The notes: generated by a model from the letters alone, not told the origin. A DNA stretch of 64,000 nucleotides from Calcarisporiella thermophila CBS 279.70 (GCF_041956535.1 NW_027192201.1:359202-423201), one strand, 5' to 3'. Numbered from the stretch's first letter, positions 27,960-40,742 are shown. Made by a program: numbers and translations.

Positions 27960-28029
27960 GCTTTCTGAATGTCTATGTGACTTCCTCTGTGACTTCCTCG
28001 TACAAAAACCAATTATCTCGTAACAAGTC

Positions 28030-28374
28030 TGTTACAGGCAAAGGGAGATTTCGTGGAGAGCTGTGCGGATTCCTTAATAATAAAAATAAGAGATTGGTGA
28101 GGAACAGTAAAACAAAATAGAGGGGTTTAAATAGAATTAAGAGATAAAGGAAATAGCTCAACTGGTGTTCAAGGATAAATAAAGATAAACCAACAAAATA
28201 GCAATCAACCTCAACAAAGTAACCATGAGGGAGCATAAGAGTAACCACGAGGGGTCGGCAACGTAGCGGTAAACAATTCTATTGGCTGCTCCACTTTAAA
28301 GATATCGCGCTTCATGAATGCCTATGTGACTGCCTCTGTGACTTCCCCGTACAAAAACCAATTATCTCGTAACA
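28030..28374. mobile_element. Solo-LTR-like element E (345 bp), tRNA-proximal and uninterrupted
   Basis: TGTTAC...GTAACA; AGTC on both sides; ends 11 bp before the tRNA. Confidence 0.82.
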
Positions 28375-28385
28375 AGTCACGAATA

Positions 28386-28402
28386 GCTCTAGTGGCGTAA
28401 TT

Positions 28403-28442
<40 letters not shown>

Positions 28443-28459
28443 GAGTCCACCCTTGAGCG
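28386..28459 (+). tRNA. tRNA-Asn(GTT)
   Basis: Cloverleaf: acceptor GCTCTAG/CTTGAGC, A box TGGCGTAATTGG, anticodon arm TTCGG-CTGTTAA-CCGAA, B box GGTTCGAGTCC; T6 Pol III terminator at 28461. Confidence 0.96.
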
Positions 28460-28570
28460 ATTTTTTCACTCTAATTATTTTTGTTTAACGATTATGAAGT
28501 GACTGTTTATTTAAATATTATTTGTTGCATGTTTTATATCAATTAACATCTCATCTTGTGTCCTAGGAAA

Positions 28571-29656
28571 ATGATGGAGAAACGAAGAGCTCCATCCGAT
28601 AATGGCGACGCGAGGCGAAAAAAATACAAAGTAACATTTTGCTTACTTTTGAATATTTAACGTAATTAATAGATGTTTTCCCAGGAGAGAGCAAGGGGTT
28701 TAGGATTTGGCTTAGGTCCTGGGATGTCGGGAATTTTGGTAACATGCACTCGTGGTAAAGAACAACAGAGCGTTCGGGAACTATACAGCATTTTTAATGA
28801 GGTATTAGTTGTTTTTCATCAATATTCCAAGTTTTTGATTTTTGAAACATTCAAATCTTGTAGTACGCAGATAAATTATACCCCAGCTCCGCTGATAAAG
28901 GTGAAGAGAGTCAAGAAGAGCAATCTGTAGAGGATGCGGTAGCACGAGAACTTGCAGAAATGAAGAAACCACATAAAGAGAATCGTTTTGCAAGTCTTAT
29001 GACTCAGACTGAATGTGGTTAGTGTTATCGCCAGTAGTGAGGGAGTTGTATTGGAGAATTAAATATCTCCTATTTAGTGGTATTCATCAAGGTGTGTAAT
29101 ACAATTGAGCCTGTATCCTTTGTACAGTATATACTGAAGGATTTGGTAGAGACAGGAATGAAAAAGACGAGGTAGTTTCCTTTCCAAATCATATTACTGA
29201 ACTGCTAACTAATTTTGTTAATGACAATTTTGTGCTAGATTCTCACAAAGACTCGTTCCTTTTTCTAAGACTTGTTATGCTAATATGAATGACATCCTTG
29301 CCATGGCTCGAGAATTGATCAAGTCCCATTTCGAAAAGGAAATGCCAATTCGAGTATGTTAATGCATATTGATTTCGAAATATTGAAAAATACTTATTAC
29401 TTTTTATTGAATACTCTAGTATGCAATCATTCCAAAAATTCGACTCAATGATAGAATTAATCGAGATGAATTGATTCGTTCCCTTGCTGAGCTCGTTCCA
29501 AAACAACACAAAGTTAGTCTCGACCAGCCCGAGTTGTGTATTCTCATTGAAGTTTTTAAGAGCGTGTGTGGGATGAGTGTTGTTCGAGATTATTACGAAC
29601 TAAAAAAGCACAATTTGAATGCATTATTTGAAGAAGGCAACCAAGAACATGGATAA
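28571..29656 (+). CDS. TAN1: THUMP-domain tRNA acetylation adaptor (Tan1/THUMPD1)
   Basis: GMSGILVTCTRGKE, KKTRFSQRL.P, HKVSLDQPELCILIEVFKSVCGMSVV.DY..LKK.NL. Confidence 0.87.
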
Positions 29657-29872
29657 ACCTTATACTATTGTTGATATTTATTAGACATTATTGGGGGAGA
29701 GGGAATTGATGTTTTTTGAGAGAGAGCATAAAGTTGGAAAATTATAAAGTGAATTATAACTAGATTATTAAGCAAGTATATGTATAAAGACATTATATAT
29801 ATATAGAACTATCTAATTATTTGGCATGAAAAGTTAAGGCTTAGATTATAGAGAAAGATTGGATATTATCTA

Positions 29873-31024
29873 CTAAAGTTGTGGGTCGAACAGGAATCCT
29901 TCCCTTCGATCGCTAATAAAGGGAAGTGCAACCGGTAGCATTTTTGATGTCTGCAAATCAGTCAAAAAGCCTGTTGCTACCTGACCCTGTTGAGTGGGTG
30001 ACTGCTGCTGTCGCATACCAAGAGGATTTTTCGAAAAGCTCAGCCGAATTCCACCTTTCATCGAGCTGCTTAGAGGTCTTCCTTGTAATTCGGCTAAGGC
30101 ACGTGCCGCATAATCTATGGTCTCAAACTCAACAAAACACATGGGGCCGTTTGCTTTTGTGCGGAAGCACATGCGTTTATAACCTCTGCATGCAGAAAAG
30201 AGTTGTCGAAGCTCATCTTCACTCGCGCTGTGTGGGAGGTTTCCAACATAGAGCGTATTGCAAGGAGGATTTTGGTCAGCGGGGTTGGCAGGGATGGGTA
30301 GGCGGGCATAGAGCGGCGGAGGGGTCTGGACTGGCTGAGGGGCGGAAGGCATGGTTGTGTGCAAATTCAGTGGGGCAAACCTCTCCCAAGCTTTTTTGGC
30401 AATAGGGGCTGACTGCGAGCGCGATAGGTACACGGGCTCGTCGTCAAGGCATTTCTTTATAGTGTTGGAGGAGCGCAAGAATGAGTCGGAGAAGACATCA
30501 AAATCGGGAGGTGGCAGTAGATCGCTTGGAAGCGAGTAAAAAGGGTCATAATGTTTGGGGGGTGTGAGTGGTGGTATGCGTTTGGTGGTAGAGCTGGTTG
30601 AAGAAGGAGTGTTGGGTTGCGATTGCGTGTCAGCGGAAAGTCCGCGCTTAGTGTGAAGATTTTTCTTGGCCATCTCAGCCTTAAGTATGTTGCCTTTGTC
30701 CGCATCTACTTTGCGGCCGCTAAGGATTTCACGAGCCTCAAGCGCCTCTGCACGAGTACGAAATTTTGCAAAGCCAATCTAGAATTATATCAAATGCCGA
30801 TTGTTATTTCCTAGAATCTTCACACTAATACCATTAAAACTAGTAATATTTACTGTCTGCTTCCTGCCTTCTTCTCCCTCATTAGGCAGTGGTACTTTGA
30901 GCGTTGCAGCTTCAAAGCCGGGCGCAAAACAGAACATATTCTGAAACTCACGCTCTTGCATATCGTCCGGAAACCCCACGACGAATATTGTGGAGATCTC
31001 CTCGCTTAGCTGCGTTTGTGTCAT
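29873..31024 (-). CDS. Whi3/Scw1-type RRM RNA-binding protein
   Basis: [24 protein letters not shown]; [18 protein letters not shown]; GPMCFVEFE; [13 protein letters not shown]. Confidence 0.9.
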
Positions 31025-31781
31025 TAGAGAGTAAGATTGCAATTATGTGGGTTGAATGCTCGAAATTATTTTTCAGAATGATAAAAAGGAAGGGCAATTT
31101 AATACTGTAAAATGAGGCGGATATATGATGTAGAAAGTGACAATGAGGGATGCAATTAGATGTCGAAGTGTGAGGATATCCTAATGACTTCTCAATTAAC
31201 ACTCTGAAAATAACTATAACGAAAGATAGGAAAGAAAGAGAACTGGAAGGAAATGACCACAAAATCTATTCTTTATATATTAGTGTTTCTTTTGACGCCT
31301 ATGCACAGGACAAAAAAATGTTCTGTGCGCGAGTGCAGCATCATCAGGAAAGCAAAGGCAATCTCCAAAAGAAAAAAAAAGGTATAATGGGACCGTGCAC
31401 TGAGTATAAAAAACCCTTTTTGAGTACGTCAATCTTTTTGATATCAATATTAAGTTAGAAGATTAGAGAGGATTTGCATATCTCATGCGGGAATCTATTA
31501 ATGGCAAATTCCTTAGGATATCAATGAGGATTGACTGATCTTCGTACATCTTTTGCCATTTTCATATCCTTATTCTCTTTTTGTACTTACTAATTAACCG
31601 TTAGATTTATTTTTCCTGCAGATTATTTTCTTAAATTTTTCTAAAACAAGAATATTTAATAATATCGCTTTTTCTCGATTAATTCTAAATGTCTATATGA
31701 CGTATATTGATGACATCACTAGTATTTTCACAAAGAATTTATCTCAGTTTCAGTATATATATATTTTCTTTGTAAAAAATA

Positions 31782-32454
31782 ATGCCTCGTTATAGGTCCA
31801 ATTCTCGTTCATCTTCTCCACGTCGCCATCGGTCTCGATCTTTCTCGCGTTCACCTTCTCGCTCTTTCTCGCGCTCCAGATCTCCACCCCCTAAAAGTAG
31901 CAAAATATACGTTGATAATTTGACGCGAAATGTTACACGCGAACATCTGGAAGAGATCTTCGGACGATATGGGAGAATAATAGATATAGACTTACCAATG
32001 AATAGAACCTGTAATAACCCAATTCTTTTCGTATTTTGCTAATGATAACACTAAAATTAAATCATTTTTTTAACCAATAGTGGGATCAAATCGCGGTTTT
32101 GCCATTATTGAATTTGATAATCGAAGTGGAGCTGAGAATGCTATTCATTGTATGGATAAAGGTCAGCTTGATGGAGAAACGCTTGCATGTGAAATTCACG
32201 CCCCAGCCCCTCGTGTTATTGGACGTAGTAAACGTTCAAAATATGACAGCTACGTACCACGACGTCGTTCTCCATCTCCTCGTCGGAGGAGGTCATTTCA
32301 CTCACGGAGTAGAAGTAGGAGTCGATCGTACTCACCAGAGGAATATAGAGGAAGAAAAAGGAATAGAAGTAGGAGCTATAGTAATAGCAGGAGCAAGAGT
32401 TATAGCGATAGTAGGAGTAGGAGCTATAGTAGGAGTAGAAGTTGGAGCGACTAA
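31782..32454 (+). CDS. RNPS1-like SR/RRM splicing factor
   Basis: RS tracts flank an RRM (IYVDNLTRNVTREHLEEIFGRYG, NRGFAIIEF, MDKGQLDG). Confidence 0.82.
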
Positions 32455-32934
32455 AATAATTTTTCTCTTGCACTTTTTATTCTCGAAAGCAAAATATTGA
32501 ATATATTAATAGCAGAAATATTAAAGATCCGATGTTTTACAATCTTTAGTAAGAAAGGTCAAAAAACACGCATTAATAATTAGTGACATTCCATTCGATA
32601 GAGAAAATTAGGAAGGTGACTCTTTCAATATCTGAGAAAAATAGAATAAATATAATACAGGAAGAACAAAAGAAAAAAACGCATAATAATATATAAGAAA
32701 TATCCATTCTTTTTAAATTAATGGAGAAATATATTAAGAGAGAAAGGATAAATATGCACTAATATTATAGCTTTTTCTTTTACAACATATATCCTTTTCG
32801 GGGTCTCTCCAGAAAATATAGCTTCAATTTTTCAAAAACAAAAGAGTAAAGGAACAAATAGCAGAAAGAAAATGAAATAAGAATCAAGTGGGAGAAATAA
32901 TATATATAAATAAAATATAAAATAAACAGTCTGT

Positions 32935-34262
32935 TTACCCGGACGTTGATGTGGAGGCATTCGACTGTGCAGCCAATTGTCGCTTAAGCGATTCGATCTC
33001 TCTAGCCATTTCATCTTGCCCAACTTTTAATTTGTTAATATATTCGACCGCTACATAAAAAGAAACGTATTAGAAATGAATCTAACTGTGTAAACGGGTA
33101 ACTGCTTGCCTTTACTCAGAATTTCCCATTTAGAAGTCTTCATATTTCGATCCAAAGGAAGTGTATGCCGTAACTCATCAAAGAGATCTTTCATCTAACC
33201 ATTAAATAAACAAAATCTGGTATTTAAAATCTTGGCTAATATAGATATTACTTTTATAAGTTTACCTCTTTCCTTCGTTTTCTTTCTGCCAACTTATGCG
33301 AGATTCTTAACTCGGGAGAACGAGAATATGGAGTTTCCAGTCGATGTGGATGCTCATCTGCAAAACCTCCACTTATATATCTTCCTTCAACTCCAGGCAT
33401 CGTTGGCATAGATGCACGCCGAGGTATAGACGGTGTATCTCCACCAAAAAGAGAAGCCCGTCTGTGTTCAAGATGAGGAGGAAGTAAAGGTTCTCTAACA
33501 TTCGATTGGGAAAGATATTGGGTAGGTGGAGGCTGCAAACGAGGTGGACTGGAAGGAGCAGATTGTGAATCGAAAAATGGGCGAAATTGTGTGTATGGCG
33601 GGCGTAATTGTGTAGAACTACCCGAAAAGCCTATCGGTTGCTGATGTGAGGAGAGTAGATGTTCTGTTGATGATAAAGTGGGTGCATTTGGAGGCTGATT
33701 TGGAATCTCAGCAATAGAATGTCGACGACCAACTGCTGGCTCAACTAAGGGAGGAGCGCAGAGACGAGCGATGCTAGAGGGTGGTGAGGATGATGTAGAA
33801 GAGCCATTGGAAGCGTAAGAGCTACGGCGTTCAACAACGGCGGGAGCATTTGGGATCGTGGTACTAGAATAACCGTCTACGTGGCGAGCATCTAGCGGAG
33901 TGAGTGCTGAGGAATGTGCAGCGGGATCAGTTATAGAGCCACGCCGAGGATAGATGTCCGGATCGAGGGCCGGAAGGACACGAACAGGAGGAACTGTTTC
34001 TGTAAAATGAATCAAAAAGGGATGAGAAAAATTGATTAATGTTGGATATTAAAGTATTGATTATTCAAGAATCGCCAATAAAACAATCACCTGGTGGAAT
34101 GCGAGGGAGCATTAAAGAGGGGTCATTACTTTGCGAAGGGTGGACCGTTGCAGTTACGACAGATGATGCATAAGAAGGAATTGAAGGATGAAGCGGATGT
34201 TCGTTATAAATATTCGTTCGAGGCGCATGTTCTGGTGGTCTCTGATCCATGTAGATCGACAT
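32935..34262 (-). CDS. bHLH transcription factor (Esc1/DevR-like)
   Basis: PYSRSPELRISHKLAERKRRKE|MKDLFDELR..LP..KTSKWEILSK|AVEYI; last intron is GC-AG. Confidence 0.88.
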
Positions 34263-34708
34263 TAATAAAAATAAAAAGATTGAGCTTAGATGTTATTGAG
34301 AGAAACCAATTATCACAAATGCAATTATGTCGGCAATATATAAGTAAGGGTTGCAAAGTCCACAAAAGATTTATTAATCTTGAAGGGGAACTTTATAAGT
34401 TATAATAAAAATTCGTACTCTCCAAAATACTTGTAATACCTAGTAAATAAACAAAAATTAGGTTTAAGATGGACTAAAGAATAACGGAAATTTCGGGAAT
34501 GAAAAAAAGTATCCATTTGTTTGCTAGCGGATAAACTGTTGTCGAGGCCTTTTTTTTGGTTATATTCAACTTCAATACATGATTTGAAATAATGTTTGCT
34601 AATTGCATACGGGTTCTTAGGCAACAAAAGCCGAAGGATATAGTTCGAATACTAAAAGTAGCGACGAAAAATGCGAGATATGAGATATATTTACAGTTCT
34701 TGGAACAA

Positions 34709-36090
34709 TCACAAAAAGTATTGGATTTCCTATAGGATAAAGAGAAATGTTAGATAACTTAAAAAAATATGAATTCAGTATTCCTCTTCCTGCCTTATTC
34801 TCGCCAAGCTGTTGGCTTGGCCCGTCATGCTCATTTTCAGGTGCAGCATCAAACACGTTGAAGTGTCGCTCCCCATTTTCTCCAACCTCAAGTATAGATG
34901 CTTTATTTCCACACCGATAACAGTAATTAGGCGCAGACCATACAGTTGATAAGGATCTGTCATACAATTCCTATGAAAATTTTAGCCTAAGAGATAGTCA
35001 ACCAAATATTTATAAGCTTACTTGGTATCCCTCCATACATAATTGGTGTGCACGGAGAATGTGCTGAATATTATTAGTTTGAAGAAATTTTTTCACAACC
35101 ATACCTCCGAATGTAAACCCTGCTCCCCTAATTATTTACCGTACAGATCTATCAAAAAGTGTAAAGCTTTTTAATTAAGTCATTTTTTATTCTTACCTGG
35201 GTGAGAACTGGAATTCATCTTTTGCTTCATCAGGATCTGACCATACTAAATCTGCCATTGGACCTTCATGAGGTATTTCTACAGAAATTGCAAAAAATTG
35301 AGATAAACCATAATAAACATATCTGATTATGATAACTACCTCTAAATCGATCAATAAGTTTTATTTGATCAATGCAGTGAATGTAAGGAGAGAGGCCTAA
35401 AAAGATAGTAATTGTTAGCGTTGGTTTTAAAACAATTAAATGTACTATATAATTGTACCCCCATGGACACAAAATATTGAGTTATCAATCACGACGGATA
35501 GCGTAAGAAAATCGAATAAATCCGTAAAATATTGCCATACATTAACCGACCCATACTTGCGCATACACTCGGTATAGAATCCGTATGTCTAAATTTAGAC
35601 CACATCATTTAGTTTTATTCATGTCCTTCATTGAAGCTATTGTGCACTCACCTGAGTAACCGCCCGCGATTCATGATTTCCTCGCACTAGATATACACGA
35701 TTTGGATATCTTAATTTTAAGCATGTCAATAGTGAAATAGTTTCCACACTAAAGAGTCCCCGATCCACATAATCTCCAAGAAACAGATAATTGGTTGAGG
35801 GACAGAAACCGCCAATGCGAAATATTTCGATTAAATCATAAAACTGACTATTATTGGTCATATTCGAATTATATGCGAGATTTAAGACTATTGGGCTATA
35901 TGAGCAGTGTAGTGAAATGTGCATACCCATGGATGTCTCCAACTACTGTAACCGGTGCCTTGATGTGCACGACATTACTTTCATGCATAAGCAGCTCCTT
36001 TGTCCTTTCACAAATATCCCGCACAGTCGCCTCTGAAAGTAGCTTCTTCTGGTATAATTGCTCGATGCACACGTCCAGATCTAACACCAT
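34709..36090 (-). CDS. PPG1: PP2A-related Ser/Thr phosphatase, Ppg1-like
   Basis: [29 protein letters not shown]; C-terminal EIQYFL* reached via a GC-AG intron. Confidence 0.85.
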
Positions 36091-36373
36091 CTTTAAGCTG
36101 ATCGCCAATTTCGCGTTTCTCCTTTCTGAGAGGTGGTGTCCAGGGAATGTGACGGCACAATCGGAGGTTGAAATTTTCAACGTCACATGCTAATGGCCAA
36201 TCAACGATAAAGCACTCCTGCTCGAGAAATAAGGTAAGTTTCTGGTTTTTTGTGCATCCTCCATTTATTTAAAGACAGGTATTGTTCTCTCCCTTAACTA
36301 TCTTCTAATTAGCTTGAAGAGTCTTTTTTTTTTCATGCACTTTTGTTTCATTGTGCTCTTGTAATAGCTCACA

Positions 36374-37766
36374 ATGGATTCTGATGAAGTCGCTGCTGTA
36401 AGTTTTTCTCTTTTCAATTTATCATTTTACATATGTCAATTGCACCTGTCATATCCACAAAAATATATACTTTAAAATGCGTTTAGGATGTTGTATGAGG
36501 GTTGGAACAATATTTCTGATAAACGAGAAATCTCAAGTTTTAAAGTTGAGCTATATTCTTTGTTAACTCAAAACTATTTCAAATATCTATAGCTCGTTAT
36601 TGACAATGGTTCCGGTATGTGCAAGGCTGGCTTCGCCGGCGACGACGCACCACGTACAGTAAATATTTTAGCTTAAGACGGCGGAGAAGAAGCTCCTATA
36701 ATCCTCTGAATTTTTTGTACTCTTTTAGGTTTTCCCGTCTATAGTAGGATCTCCCCGACATCAAGGTATGATGGTCGGTATGGGACAAAAGGATTTCTAT
36801 GTTGGCGACGAAGCTCAATCAAGGCGCGGTATTCTTACCCTACGTTACCCAATTGAACACGGCATTGTAACAAACTGGGATGACATGGAAAGAATTTGGC
36901 ATCACACTTTATATAATGAACTGCGTGTCGCATCCGAAGAGCATCCTGTACTTCTTACAGAGGCCCCGCTTAACCCTAAATCGAACCGGGAGAAGATGAC
37001 TCAAATTATGTTTGAGACCTTCAATGCACCAGCTTTCTATGTTGCAATTCAGGCAGTTTTATCACTGTACTCCTCAGGAAGAACGACCGGAGTAGTTCTT
37101 GATTCTGGAGATGGTGTAACACACACCGTACCAATTTATGAGGGCTATTCATTACCGCATGCAATTCTTCGCATTGATCTGGCTGGTCGCGATCTGACTG
37201 ATCATCTTGCCAGACTTTTGACGGAGCGGGGGCATTCGTTTACAACGACTGCAGAATACGAAATAGTGCGTGATATCAAAGAGAGGTTATGTTATGTGGC
37301 TTTGGATTACAACAAAGAGTTGAACTGTGTTCAACCATCTGCTACCGAAAAATCCTATGAACTTCCGGACGGCCAAATGATCGTAATAGGCAGCGAGCGC
37401 TTCCGTGCCCCCGAAGCTTTGTTCCAACCGTCTCTAATCGGACTTGAGAGTATGGGTATACATGAAACCACCTTTTACTCAATCATGAAGTGCGATGTCG
37501 ACATCCGGAAAGATCTATACGGAAATGTTGTATTGTCAGGTGGAACAACTATGTATCCTGGCATTGCTGACCGCATGTTCAAGGAGATAAATTCTCTTGC
37601 TCCGTCTTCAATGAAAGTCAAGATTGTCGCACCTCCAGAGCGGAAATACTCGGTGTGGATTGGGGGCTCCATCTTAGCTTCACTATCCACCTTCCAGCAA
37701 ATATGGATCACGAAGAATGAATATGTTGAATATGGGCCAAGTGTGGTTCATCGCAAATGCTTTTAA
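36374..37766 (+). CDS. Actin, divergent paralog (3 exons)
   Basis: [59 protein letters not shown]; many substitutions relative to conventional actin. Confidence 0.93.
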
Positions 37767-37962
37767 AGATTTTTTTAGCTATATTAATATTTTTGGTTGA
37801 GAAGTAAGTGAAGGGGATCAAAATTATCTCTATTTCTTTTTTTTTTTTGCATTACGCTAATACCTTTTGTATAGGAAAAATATATTCGGTATTTTATTTT
37901 AAGAGAAACCTAAGATTAATTGTACAGTATACCTAAAACAATCCAGGATGTTGTTTATCGTC

Positions 37963-37970
37963 TGTGACTG
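37963..37970 (+). promoter_or_regulatory. Homol-D-like box upstream of RRP8
   Basis: Exact TGTGACTG 66 bp before the ATG. Confidence 0.55.
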
Positions 37971-38036
37971 TTTTCTCGTACATTATTTCATTTTAAACTT
38001 GCTAATTCTTATTCTGGAATTACATATCAAAAAACC

Positions 38037-39438
38037 ATGTCAAATCTTTTTGAGGTTCCAGGGTGGGAAGTCCCTAATTCTATTACTAGTGCTGCGAAAC
38101 CTGTGAGCAATCGTGAGAGGAAACGGCAGCGAATTGTTGAAAAAGTTCTCACTGGTGAAAGACCGTTTTTGAACGAAAAGCAAGAGAAAGATACATCAAA
38201 GGAGAAAAAGGAGGGAAAAAGAAAAGTTGATCACAAAAAACCGACGAAGAAAAAAAGAAAGAGAGCAAAATCGATTCAGAGCACGAATGAAGATGAGGCC
38301 GAGAGTATAATGGAGGATACGTTTGAGGAAGAAAATATAGAGAAGAGTGAAAAGAAAAAGAAGAAAAAGAAAACAAATAAACCTAACGGCTCTAATGAGG
38401 TAATCCCTATGGATAAGGAAAAAGTAAGGATTTTATAGTGCTTTGTTTAGAACAAACTAATGATTACGTTCATTTCTTAGACACATTCGATAGTAGAGGA
38501 AGAGGAATCAGAAAAAGGAGAGATCGATGAAACAGAAAATGCAGCGTCTTTGAAAAATAGTAAAAAGGCATCGGTGAGCGGCCATATTACAACACTTTTA
38601 ATTTATTATTATCTTTACTGATTTTAATCTAGGAGAGTAAGGTACTCACTCCTCTCCAACAAGCAATGAAAAAGCGACTTCAGGGATCCAAATTTAGGTG
38701 GATAAATGAGAAGCTCTACACCACTTCGAGTCGAGAGGCTGTCAAACTCTTCCAAAAAAATCCAGAAATGTTTGAAGAAGTAAATTATTTTCAGTTTAGT
38801 GCAATTACCCTATATTTGCCTCACTCTTTTATTTGATCATCAGTACCATAAAGGATTCAGGTCTCAAGTTGAAAGCTGGCCCGTTAATCCCGTCGATTCC
38901 CTTATCTCTTACCTCAATACCCGACCCAAAGAATTGATTGTTGCTGATCTCGGGTGTGGAGATGCTAAAATCGCGGAACATGCACACAACCATGTTCTTT
39001 CTTTCGATCTTGTGGCAAAGAACGAGCGCGTTGTAGCCTGTGATATTGCCAAGGTATAGATGAGCATTATATTGCACCATTTCACAGAATATTTATCATA
39101 TTATCGCTTAGGTCCCTCTCCCGAACGAATTCGTTGATATTGCTATATTTTGTCTGTCACTCATGGGTGTTAACTTCATGGATTTCATACGCGAGGCACA
39201 CCGCATTCTTAAGCTTGGAGGCGAGCTGCGAATTGCTGAAGTCGTGAGCCGGTTCGAAGATGTTGAAGGATTCGTCGAAACACTTGAGACAATCGGATTC
39301 GAACATAAGGAAACCGACGCATCGAATAAGATGTTTATTGTGTTTAGCTTTAAAAAGGTTGGGGCGCAGCAAAGCAAAAGGAAGCCAACAATTGTAAAAG
39401 AAGCAGTCTTAAAGCCATGTGTTTATAAGAAGAGATGA
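38037..39438 (+). CDS. RRP8: 25S rRNA m1A methyltransferase Rrp8/nucleomethylin
   Basis: LQGSKFRWINEKLYT, YHKGFRSQVESWPVNP, VADLGCGDA, FCLSLMG.NF, LKPCVYKKR*. Confidence 0.93.
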
Positions 39439-39687
39439 TTGGATATTGGATTTTTGCCACCGAATTTCATGTCATTGCTTGTTCTCTAAAACCCATATTC
39501 TGTTTTCGTATATAATTCAATTTATTCTCGAATACTTATCTTTTTTTTTTTTCATTAATGGATTTTAGAGCTTCTACATTGCGTTGTATATTTCTGACGA
39601 TAGCCGATCAGCTGTTTATTTTTTACCTTAATTGAAAAAGAAAGGAGTGATTACTCGAGCATATAAAAATAGTTCGTACGGGTGTTA

Positions 39688-40570
39688 ATGTTTGATTTTG
39701 AACGCCAAGTCTCTACAAGTCAAATCGTTCCCTCTTCGCAGCGCATTTCTCCTAATTATCCTCAGATTAAGTTTAATCAGTTTGATACTTTTGCTCATCC
39801 TAGCTGCAATGAATTTAATTCAAAACTAGACAAAGGAACATTTAACAATCCAAAAATTGAAAGAAGTTTTGAGATTCGCCACTCAACTTGTTGCATTTCC
39901 CCCTACTCTAATTACGGATTTACAACACCAGAATCACAGGGACATCTTCAATATTATCAGTCGATATCTAACCTGAATTTTCGAACGGAGCTTAGCGTAC
40001 GACGACTTTTAGAACTGAACTCGACGAATGAAGAAAATGAACCCGTTGTTATATTTGGTAGAGGAAAAGAGTTAAATAGTGTTTTGGATCATATGTAGTT
40101 TATTTAATGTACCTTTTCTTTAGCACATATTGTTGCAATCTATCCCCCTAAACATCAAAATTCATTCGAATTTGAGCTTAGCGACCTCGCACCTGCTTGC
40201 CCATCACTACGCTGTCATGTTTATCATAATAATGCGCAACTACTACGTAAAGAATTTGGCTTATATAAGCCGCCAGATTTACCAGTACGTGTTGTGGGCA
40301 TCCTATGCAAAGATAAAGTACTTCGAAGTAATGAAATAAGACGGTAGGTAGGAATCCCTGTACACATTCTATTCATCTAAATTCCCTGGCGTATATATAT
40401 ATAGAGCAAAACCATTTGAAAAAGAATCGTTGCAGAGAGTAATAGACCAAGAACTAATAGCGACAAGCCAATCAGCTAGGTATTCAAAAGTAGATATGAA
40501 AGAGGTTGAAGGCGAGGACGAATTTGAGATTGAACGGGAAAAAGAATGGCAGCTTTCATATAATTTGTAA
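39688..40570 (+). CDS. Hypothetical protein with a possible C-terminal OB fold (3 exons)
   Basis: Spliced frame ...VVIF|AHIVAIY...FEFELSD...LRCHVY...PVRVVGIL...NEIR|RAKPFE; the strand pattern recalls RPA2/STN1/SPATA22 OB folds. Confidence 0.5.
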
Positions 40571-40742
40571 ACATATCGATCCATCGCTTAAGAAAATCAC
40601 TGAAATGTGGATAGAGGCTTTCTCCACATTTTTCGAGAATTAATCTACAATTTTTTGCCCAAATATTAACAGCTTTAGTATTTTTCTATATGAGATCAAT
40701 CGAGACAAATTTATTAGACTATAAATGTATAGCTAAAAAAAT

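Larger units (their letters stand above)
27073..28025. mobile_element. Solo-LTR-like element D (same family as E), interrupted by poly(A)-tailed inserts and an assembly gap
   Basis: TGTTACG...CGTAACA; colinear with E (TAAAAATAAGAGATTGG, GAGTAACCACGAGGGGTCGGCAACGTAGCGGT); AGTC on both sides. Confidence 0.75.

Noticed and set aside
27511-28120. ORFs containing long X runs
   Set aside because: Artefacts of the N gap.
26388-28378. CRISPR array (recurring palindrome GTAACAAGTCTGTTAC)
   Set aside because: The spacers are 250-950 bp, there are no cas genes and the context is eukaryotic. The palindrome is explained by abutting LTR termini plus a TSD.
28386-29656. Functional link between tRNA-Asn and the adjacent TAN1
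   Set aside because: Tan1 acts on Ser/Leu tRNAs, so the adjacency is probably chance.
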